Shown here piece by piece: positions 45,104 to 54,700 of a DNA stretch of 64,000 nt. The DNA is taken from the IMG/VR virus record IMGVR_UViG_3300023174_005350, positions 1 to 64,000 of that record; one strand, given 5' to 3'. Under the pieces are notes generated by a model. That model had not been told where the DNA came from. It was given only the letters and a program-made list of their open reading frames with translations, and did no database searches. The translations under genes were made by a program, and so were the position numbers. This DNA is from a virus. The stretch's first letter is position 1; each line of letters begins with the position of its first letter.

Positions 45104-45478
45104 ATGATCGGATATTCACCAAAGTTACCTCTTGCATATGATAGATCAGATGGTCCTTATCTATTAACAAAAGATATTAAAGAATTAACAAAGCAAAATT
45201 TAAAGATGCTTTTACTCACAGCACCGGGTGAAAGAGTAATGATTCCTAACTTTGGCGTTGGGTTAAAGAATTATCTTTTTTCGCAAGATAATGGAGAATT
45301 AAGACAAAAGCTAAATCAAGAAATTTATAAACAAGCTGATCAATATATACCTTATATAACCATCACTGAATTAGTATTTTCTCCTGTAGATTCTAATGAT
45401 TATAATACGCTTTATATATCAATAAGATATTCTATTGATGGTTTATCTATTAATGATGAATTAAATATCCAAATATAA
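45104..45478 (+). CDS. baseplate wedge protein, gp25-like
   Basis: QNLKMLLLT.PGERVM.P.FGVGL..YLF. Confidence 0.85.
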   Translation: MIGYSPKLPLAYDRSDGPYLLTKDIKELTKQNLKMLLLTAPGERVMIPNFGVGLKNYLFSQDNGELRQKLNQEIYKQADQYIPYITITELVFSPVDSNDYNTLYISIRYSIDGLSINDELNIQI

Positions 45479-45507
45479 TCTATTTATTTATATTTGAGGC
45501 TAAATAA

Positions 45508-47313
45508 ATGGCAAAAAAAATCGTACCTATTAAATATACCAGCAGAGACTATGAAAGTATTAGAAATGATCTAATACAGCACGCTAAAAGATACTATCCA
45601 GAAACTTATAAAGACTTCAGCGAAGCATCTTTTGGTTCTCTAATGGTTGATACGGTAGCTTATGTAGGAGATATTTTATCTTTTTATTTAGATTATCAAG
45701 CAAATGAATCTTTTTTAGATACTGCATCTGAATTTAATAATATATTAAAGCTAGGCAGACAAACTGGCTATAAATTTTCTAATTCTAATTCATCTACCGG
45801 TATAGCTTCGTTTTATATATCTATTCCTGCAAATTCATCTGGTTTAGGGCCAAATATGGATTATGCCCCAATTCTTAAAAAAGGTAGCACTTTTAGTACC
45901 AATACAGCCGTCAGCTTTATATTAAATGAAGATGTGCGTTTTGATGATCCAAGAAATGAAATAAGAGTATTAAAAGTGGACGTTGATACAGGCACTCCAA
46001 TATTTTATGCTATAAAAGCAAAGGGTTCCGTTATATCTGGTGTTATAGGGGTAGAAAAAATACAAATTGGAGCTTATGAAAGATTTAAAAAAATAGCCTT
46101 GCAGCAATTAGATATTATAGAAATATTATCCGTATTTGATAACGAAGGTAATGAATATTACGAAGTGGATTATCTATCACAAAACATAATTTATAAATCT
46201 ATACCAAATAACAATATTCAAGAGTCTGGAATGGCAAAAGAAATTTTGAAACCATATTTAGTCCCAAGACGTTTCGTAGTAGATAATACGTTAAGAGAAA
46301 CCAGTTTGCAATTCGGCGCTAGCTCAGATCAGATTGTTCAAGATGATATGTCCATGATTGCAGAGCCAACTAATGTGGTATTAAATTTATTTGGTAAAGA
46401 ATATATTTCTAGTGATTCATTCGATCCAACAAGATTATTAAATAGTGATAAGTTTGGTGTTGGTCCTTCTGATACTACTTTAACTATTACTTATAGATAT
46501 AAAGATAGTAATACTCAAGTAAACTTTGCTGCTAATTCATTAACTAGAGTCAATAAAGCAGATTTATTATTTACCGATGAACAAAGTTTAAATGCAACAT
46601 TAAAAAATTCTATCATTAACAGTGTTGAAATCAATAATGATTCTCCGCTGTTAGGCGACAATACAGTTATAGACTCGGATGAGTTAAAAAGAAGAATAGA
46701 GAATGCTTTTGCATCACAAAATAGAGCAGTTACAGAAGCAGATTATAAGTCATTAACATACTTAATGCCACAAAAATTTGGTGCAATTAAAAGAGTAGCA
46801 GTAAAAAAAGATATTAATTCTCCAAGAAGAAATTTGAATCTTTATCTACTATGCGAAGGCTCAGACGGTTATCTAACTTCACCAAATCAATCAGTAAAAA
46901 ATAATTTAAAGACTTGGTTAGATAAAAATAGAATGATTAATGATACAATTGATATATTAGATGGTAAAGTGGTTAATTATGCTATAAATTTCGCGGCTGT
47001 TGGTTCTAGCAATAGGTCTAAATATGACATTTTAACTGATGCGATAAATCAAATAAAAATTGATTTTGCAACATTACCTGATTTTGGCGAACAATTTACG
47101 ATAACTAATGTTTACGATAGTTTAAAAAAAGTAGATGGCTTAATTGATGTAACATCCGTAACAATCGAAGAAAGAGTCGGCGGTCTATATTCAGACGCAC
47201 AATTTAATTTTAAAGCTTATACATCGCCAGATAATAGATATATTAAAGTACCTGATAACGTAATAATGGAATTAAAATATCCTAATAGTAATATTAAAGG
47301 AACTATTTTGTAA
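45508..47313 (+). CDS. baseplate wedge protein, gp6-like
   Basis: YTSRDYESI...DFSEAS.G..AYVGD.LSFY.D; QNRAVT..DY. Confidence 0.85.
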   Translation: MAKKIVPIKYTSRDYESIRNDLIQHAKRYYPETYKDFSEASFGSLMVDTVAYVGDILSFYLDYQANESFLDTASEFNNILKLGRQTGYKFSNSNSSTGIASFYISIPANSSGLGPNMDYAPILKKGSTFSTNTAVSFILNEDVRFDDPRNEIRVLKVDVDTGTPIFYAIKAKGSVISGVIGVEKIQIGAYERFKKIALQQLDIIEILSVFDNEGNEYYEVDYLSQNIIYKSIPNNNIQESGMAKEILKPYLVPRRFVVDNTLRETSLQFGASSDQIVQDDMSMIAEPTNVVLNLFGKEYISSDSFDPTRLLNSDKFGVGPSDTTLTITYRYKDSNTQVNFAANSLTRVNKADLLFTDEQSLNATLKNSIINSVEINNDSPLLGDNTVIDSDELKRRIENAFASQNRAVTEADYKSLTYLMPQKFGAIKRVAVKKDINSPRRNLNLYLLCEGSDGYLTSPNQSVKNNLKTWLDKNRMINDTIDILDGKVVNYAINFAAVGSSNRSKYDILTDAINQIKIDFATLPDFGEQFTITNVYDSLKKVDGLIDVTSVTIEERVGGLYSDAQFNFKAYTSPDNRYIKVPDNVIMELKYPNSNIKGTIL

Positions 47314-48743
47314 TGTCAATAAAGAGATATGTAGCAGATAAAGATACAACTATTACAGACGCCTTTAAGGAAAATCTAATTACTCGCGCCAAAGAATCAA
47401 ATATGGGCGCAGCTGATTCCTTAGAAGTATTTACTATTTATGGTCAAGCAGCTACTTCTTCTCTAGAAAAAAGCAGAATATTGGTTCAATTCCCAATAAA
47501 TGATATATCATCAAGCAGAGACAGTGGCTCATTGCCTGCAAGCGGAAGTGTAAAGTTCTTTTTAAGAATATTTAACGTTGAGCATCCATTTTCTGTACCT
47601 AGAGATTTTACATTATCTATCAATCCTGTATCTCAATCATGGGAAGAAGGCTATGGCCTTGATATGGAAACATATTCCGATAAGGGCTTTGTATCTGGAT
47701 CTGGCGGTTTTGGTGCTACATGGCTAGCAGCAGGAAGCGGTTCTGATTGGTTTAGTGAAGGCTCTGATTATCTAACTGGTTCTGGAAACGATTATACGTA
47801 TTATTTCTCTAGCGGTTTAGAGGATATAGAGTTAGATATTACAGAACTAACAGAACGTTGGATTGATGGTTCTTTAGCAAATAATGGTCTATTAATAAAA
47901 TTATCATCTTCTCTAGAGAATGGATCTACGCTAACAAGTTATTATACAAAGAAATTCTCTGCAAGAGGATCTGAGTTTTACATGCGCAGACCCTGCATTG
48001 AAGCGCGTTGGGATCCATCCGTCACAGACGATAGAAATAACTTTTATGCATATAGCAACTTGTTATCACCTGACGATAATAAAATGAATTTATATTTCTA
48101 TAATAAAGTCAATGGTGCATTAAAGAATATCTATAATAATCCCACATTAGATATAGAGTTTTATACAGATTCTGGTTTTACTAACCAAATAAGCGCTAGT
48201 TACGTTAATGTTACTAATCCGCTTCCCGGTATTTATAGAGCACAAGTTAGCATAGACACAACTTCTAGCGTTCTTTATGATAAATGGGTAAATTCTTTAA
48301 CTTCCTCAACTAAATATTTTTCTGGTTCTTTAGACGTATACCAAAGAGAAGCCGATTCCGTTAGCGATCTCCCTCAGTATATTGTCAATATAACAAATTT
48401 AAAAACTGCTTATTATCAAAATGAAAACGCTAGATTTAATATTTTTGTTCGTGAACGTGATTGGCAACCTAATATTTACACAGTTGCATATAATAATGTA
48501 GAAAATACTGCAATTCCTAATTTATATTATAAAATTTTCCGATATAATGATAATTATACAATAGTAGATTATTCAACAGGATCCCTAGCATATACTAAGA
48601 CATCATATGATTCAAATGGAAATTATTTTGAATTAGACATGAATATTCTTGAAAAAGATTATGGATATGGTATAAAATTAGCAACTTGGGATGGTTCTGT
48701 TTTACGAGAATTTAAAGATACATATAAATTTAGGATTCAGTAA
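47313..48743 (+). CDS. virion structural protein (DNRLRE-like beta domain)
   Basis: ADKDTTI, SRILVQF, SWEEG.G, NNGLLIK; SGS-rich. Confidence 0.55.
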   Translation: MSIKRYVADKDTTITDAFKENLITRAKESNMGAADSLEVFTIYGQAATSSLEKSRILVQFPINDISSSRDSGSLPASGSVKFFLRIFNVEHPFSVPRDFTLSINPVSQSWEEGYGLDMETYSDKGFVSGSGGFGATWLAAGSGSDWFSEGSDYLTGSGNDYTYYFSSGLEDIELDITELTERWIDGSLANNGLLIKLSSSLENGSTLTSYYTKKFSARGSEFYMRRPCIEARWDPSVTDDRNNFYAYSNLLSPDDNKMNLYFYNKVNGALKNIYNNPTLDIEFYTDSGFTNQISASYVNVTNPLPGIYRAQVSIDTTSSVLYDKWVNSLTSSTKYFSGSLDVYQREADSVSDLPQYIVNITNLKTAYYQNENARFNIFVRERDWQPNIYTVAYNNVENTAIPNLYYKIFRYNDNYTIVDYSTGSLAYTKTSYDSNGNYFELDMNILEKDYGYGIKLATWDGSVLREFKDTYKFRIQ

Positions 48744-48745
48744 AT

Positions 48746-51700
48746 ATGTCATTAAAAGATCTTTTTGGTAATGCCTCTGATAAAGTAATTTCTAATAAAC
48801 AGCTACAAGATTTATACGATCAAGCTGAATCTGAAGGATATTTAGAAGAATTACTAGAGGATAAGGAACGATACCAACCAGCAATTGATTTCTCAGATCC
48901 TGCCAATTTTGCTGTTTATGGTTCTGCTGAAAGATATTACGTTGACGGTATTACAAACATATATCAAAATTATCCATATGATGGTTCTAAAAAAGAAAAA
49001 CAGGAATGGAGAAACTTATCTTCTCAATTAGATAATTATATTTTTGATAATATATACCCAAAAACTACTGGATATGTAACTTTTTCTGGTTCTACTCCAT
49101 CAGTACTTTCTACTTATCGCTCTTCTTCTAATGCTCAATACGTTATAGTAAAAGGCGGACCAAACCCTTCTCCAACTGGTAAATTTGAAACAGCAAACAT
49201 ATATGATTTAAATACCAATAGAGAAAGCAATCTTCGAATTTCAGAACATGGTAACACGGTAGAGTTTTGGTTTAAAGATAATACAGTTTCTGGCAGTGCA
49301 TTTTCTCAAGCGAGATATGCTTTGTTTGATTTGTGGAATGGCGTAAGTAACGTAGCAAATAACTATACAAGATTATTAATTGCGAAAAAAGAAAGCGCAA
49401 CAGAAAATAAATTTATTGTTACATATGCATCCGGTTCTAATGGTATAGATGAACATGAATTATCATACAACTTTGATCCCTTCAACTGGCATCATTATGC
49501 GTTTACGTTTGGCAACACAGGTCCAAATCTAAACGATTTGGAAGTATGTTTATACGTCGATGGCGCTTTAGTATCAAGAGATGTAGTAACTAATGGCGGC
49601 GGCATCTCGCTTGCAGATAACGCCAATCTAATAGCCTTCTTGGGCGCTTATAGGTCAGATCCAAACGGTTCTGCTACTAATCTTGCGGGGCTAGGAGCTA
49701 GCTTTGGTTCTTATGATGAATTTAGATTCTGGAAGGCCACAAGAACATCTAGACAAATTTATAGAAATTGGTTTACACAAGTCGGCGGTGGAACAAACAC
49801 TGACGATTCCAATACAAGTTTAGGTGTATATTTTAAATTTAACGAAGGCATAATTGATACCGGTTCTATCAATTCTTTGGATGCTGTTTGTGTAGATTAT
49901 AGCGGAAGAGTATCTAACGGAACTATAAATAATTATAGCTTGAACTGCAAATCTACTTCTTCTGCTATCGATATATATTTCGATAAGACTGTAGAGGGAA
50001 TGGAGCCAAAAGATCCAATTATTTTTTCTTCTAATCCTCTAGTTCAAAACGTATTAACACAATATGCAGAAACTGGATTCCAGTACGATGTGACTAGTAC
50101 TTCTGGGATTTATAAAAAAATCCCTTCATGGATAACGGAAGATGCTGAGAAGGAAAATTATCCAGACTTACAAAGATTAGTCCAGATTATATCAAGCTAT
50201 TTTGATACTCTACAATTGCAGATAAGTAAGCTTTCTTCTATTAAAGATATTGAATATAGCGCACAAACCGACAAACCAAAACCATTCTATTCTAATATTT
50301 TAAATTCTCATGGATTTGATAATATTGAAATTTTCAATGATACAACATTCTTAGAAGATGTTTTGTCCAGAAACGAATCTAGCCAATTTGAAGAAAAAGT
50401 AAATAACATAAAAAATATTATTTACCAAAATATATATAACAATCTTTCCTATATTTACAAGAGCAAAGGTACTGAAAAAGCCTTTAGAAATCTTATTAGG
50501 TCTTTTGGTATAGATAATGAATTAGTAAAAATTAATCTTTATGCTAATAATGCCGAATATGACTTCAGCAATAAATACAACTACACATCGGTATCAAAAA
50601 AGTTTGTTGATTTCAATAGTCCAGATAGAAATAGTGGTGCAATAATACAAAAAAACAAGTCTGGTGATTCTAATACCAGAGGATATATTGCTGGCGTTGC
50701 TTCTGGTAAATTAGATTATGCACCAATTACTGTACAAGCAGAAGTAATATTTCCCAAAAAATCTGATGGCGAATTTGATAGTTATTACACCACTAATTTT
50801 ACTGATGTTTCTTTGTTTGGATGTCATACGGCTGACAGCAACGACTCTATATTAACTTGGCATAATAATGATAACTTTAACTTCCAAGTATATGCCATAA
50901 AGAGCGACATAAACAGTCCAGACGTATATTTTAAATTAACCGGCTCTTTATCTGGTTCAGGTTTTAATATAACTTCCAGTGTCTATAAACACGTATATGA
51001 TAATCAAAAATGGAATTTAGCTGTAAGAATTAAGCCAGAGAAACTTGGTTTTATATCATATTCTTCTGGTAGTTATGAAACAGATTATGTAGTAGAATTT
51101 GTTGGCTTTAATAGCTTATTAGACACAGCCGTAAATGATACATTCATCTTAACGGCATCTATTCCTAAAGACGATGCGCAATCAGCCTTACGAGAAAATA
51201 AAAGATTATACGTAGGTGCTCATTATGACAACTTTAATCCTTCCAATTTATTATCTCAAACAGACGTAAAGATTTCTTCTGTTAGATATTGGTTAGATTA
51301 CTTAACAAATGAAGAATTACAAGTTCATTCGTTTGATGCATCAAACTATGGTACAGTCCATCCTAACTGGAAACCAGAGTTTATAACTGACAGCTTAATA
51401 ATAACAAAAGCTGATATGTTATTGCTTAATTGGACTTTTGATAATGTAACTTCTTCAAATATTAGCGGAGAATTTACTGTAGATGATATATCATCTGGTT
51501 CTCTTGCATTAACAAATAGATATGGAATTGGATGGCTTGGAGATGTTGTTGGATATCAACAATCAGGCTATGGCTTTGGCTTCGATGCATCAGACGCCCA
51601 AGTAACAAACAAAGAATATATCTATTCAGCCAAAGTAGCTACGCCGGAAATATTTAATGGCTCTGACATGATTCAAGTGCCAGATACTGATGATTTTATC

Positions 51701-54700
51701 AGAGAAAAAACCCCAAAGCCACTTTCTTTCTATTTCTCAATAGAAAAGAGCATGGCACAAGTTATTAACGATGAAATATTAAATTGGTTTGCTACAATTA
51801 AAAATTTCAATAATTTAATCGGTCAGCCAAATCAACGCTATAAGAAAGAATATTCAGATCTCGTTCATTTAAGAAAACTTTTCTTTGAAAAAGTAAACAA
51901 TGAACCAGATTATGAAAAGTTCTTAGAATTCTATAAGTGGATTGACTCATCTATATCTATGATGATCGGCCAATTAGCACCAGCATCTTCTAATGTAAGT
52001 GATAAAGTAAGAAACATTATAGAAAACACTGTATTAGATCGTAATAAGTATGAAAATAAAGTAGCTACAATAGAATATAAGGACACTATTGTTCCGCTAG
52101 TTAGCACAGCACAATCATTTAGCTATCCCTTACAAAACGCCCCACATAGCCCAGCCGGTGTTTTATGGTATAAACAAAGAGCCATACGTACTCAAGAAGT
52201 AAGTGGTGGAACAGAAACAATTACTACTCCATTAGAACCACAAAACGACATAGATAGAGAAATTATTAGACAAGTAATAAACTATTCTTCATACGGCAAG
52301 GGAGTACAATTCTACGATACTGGTAGTGACTCCTTCTATGAAGGAAATAAAGATTTAAATAGAAGTTTCTCAAGGCATTATAAATTAGTAGCAGATAAGC
52401 TTCTAATTATAGATGGAACAATTGTTGGCAATGAAATAAGCAATGTTTCTTCTAGCAATGTTTTCCAATTTGCTGGAGATATAGCTGCTTCTTCCAATCA
52501 AACACAAGTAATAGATCCATTTAATTCTAGATTCTCTATTAATTCTAGGCCACAATTATTTGACATAGCTACTTCTGCATCCTATGAAGGTGTTAGAAAA
52601 AGCTCTAAGAGTGTATATAAGTTCAAAAATCCATATGAATATTTCCAAACATCTGGACGTAGCACAAACAATAAATCATTTGTAGATTTAGAAGGAAATG
52701 TATTCTTAGAATATTCTATTAATCCTTTAAATATCGTTGAAAGAGCATTACCAAACAGAGCAATGGAAAATGGTGGGGCTCGCAAGACAATTTTTGTTGA
52801 GCGCTTTAGTGCCCCCGGAGGCTCAGAAGTAAATGCCCGTGGTATGTTGGATCCAGTAGCCGAAGAATTTTCAGTATACAATGGCTTGAACAATAGAAAT
52901 CTTCGCGTAAGGAAATTCTTAGATAGTTGGATGAGAGAATCTGGCAGTATTGATTCTAGCTATCCCTCTTATCATAAGATTATTAAAAACGTTGTTCGTT
53001 ATCCCGGTGATGAAACTGGCACAACAGTAAACGAACAAACGGATAACGGATTTATCAGCCACGCCATACCACGCAGCGATTCACAATATGCTTGGATTAG
53101 TGCATCAATGTCAGGAAATAGCATATTTAGCGGATATGATAGTGAATATGATAACTTAAATAAAGGTTATCAATTCTTGAGCGGAGCTAAAATATCAACA
53201 TATATTTTACCATTTATAAATTATAGATTTTTTGGTAATAATTCATTAGATCAGTATATATCAGATAAAAATATCTATACTTCTTCTAATCTTATTTCAA
53301 CTGGCACTTTACAACCTTTAACCGCACTTAATGCTGCAAATCAATTAAGGTCTTATATATTAAATTTAAATGGTCCTTATCAATATCCTTCTTGGAAACA
53401 AATAAGAAATAGCGAAAATTCGCTAACTATTTTATCAAGAAAGAATAACAATATTACTGTTCAAGATACGCCAACAGTTTTAGATAACCGTTCAGATACT
53501 TTTAAAACATTTAGAGAACCACCAGTAGAATATAACACTCCCATGAAACACACGGTAGATGTTAGTGGATCTACTGGTTCTTTTGATGTGATTAGTTCTT
53601 ATGATAACAACAAGGATAAGTTTGCTAATCCCGCTTTAATGAGCGCTACGGGCCAGTCTAAGCGTGATGAGAAGCAGGCTCATGAAGTACTAATATCTTT
53701 AGCGAACGGCGAATATAAGCCAGAACCAAGAATATTAAACGCTTCTTACACAAGCATGATATTACCAACTAAACAACACGTTGGGTTAAAAGAAACAAGA
53801 ACACGCCCTAGCTACACAGAAGAAGCAGGCACTGGCTCTAATGGATATGATAGAAATGTTGCTGAAATTAGAACTTTCTGGCGTGATTCACTAGCAAATA
53901 GAAAGCGTACAAATGCATTCTATTCTTCTAGCAAAACTGGTTCATTGAACAGTTTAAATATTGCACAATTAAGTGCATCAGCTACATCGTCTGCATACAC
54001 GGGTTATATTCGTTATAGTGGTACATTATTATATGTCCCACAAATTACAGCTAGTAAAAATTATCAAGAATATTACGATGCAGTTAATTCTTTAGAAAAT
54101 AATAATTCTTATTCTATTAATTTAGTTAGCGGCACTGATTATACCCAAAATCAACTATCTATTGATTCTTCTATAATGGGCGATTTAGCTGGATTTGACG
54201 AAATAGAGGCTAGAAACTTTTTAGCTGCTCAAAGTGGCACATATTACTTACAAAATGTTACTAAATCAGATAATGTTGAACAGGTAGAATATTTTAAATA
54301 TGATCCAAGTTATAATTTTGTAAGACCAAAACCATCATATACTTATAAAATTCATTATCCAAGTTGTACATCTGTATATGGTTTTCTAACACCAATATCT
54401 CCGGGTGTAACTTCTTCATATACGGGTTTTAAATATAGACAATTTATAAATGAAGGAATGACTTATAATACTAATATTATAGCAGGGAAGAATCCTTGGT
54501 ATAATACTTATGAACAATTTTTTGAAGATTTAAGACCCTATTCAGCCAATAAAACTATATTACCAGAATATAATTTTAGCGAACACGGCGATTATTATAT
54601 AAAAGAAAAGAATGGCGATTATACATCACAGCCGCCAGAAAATTATATTTCATTTGACGGAAGCGATGTGTCCGTTAATTCTATAGATGGCGCTTATAAT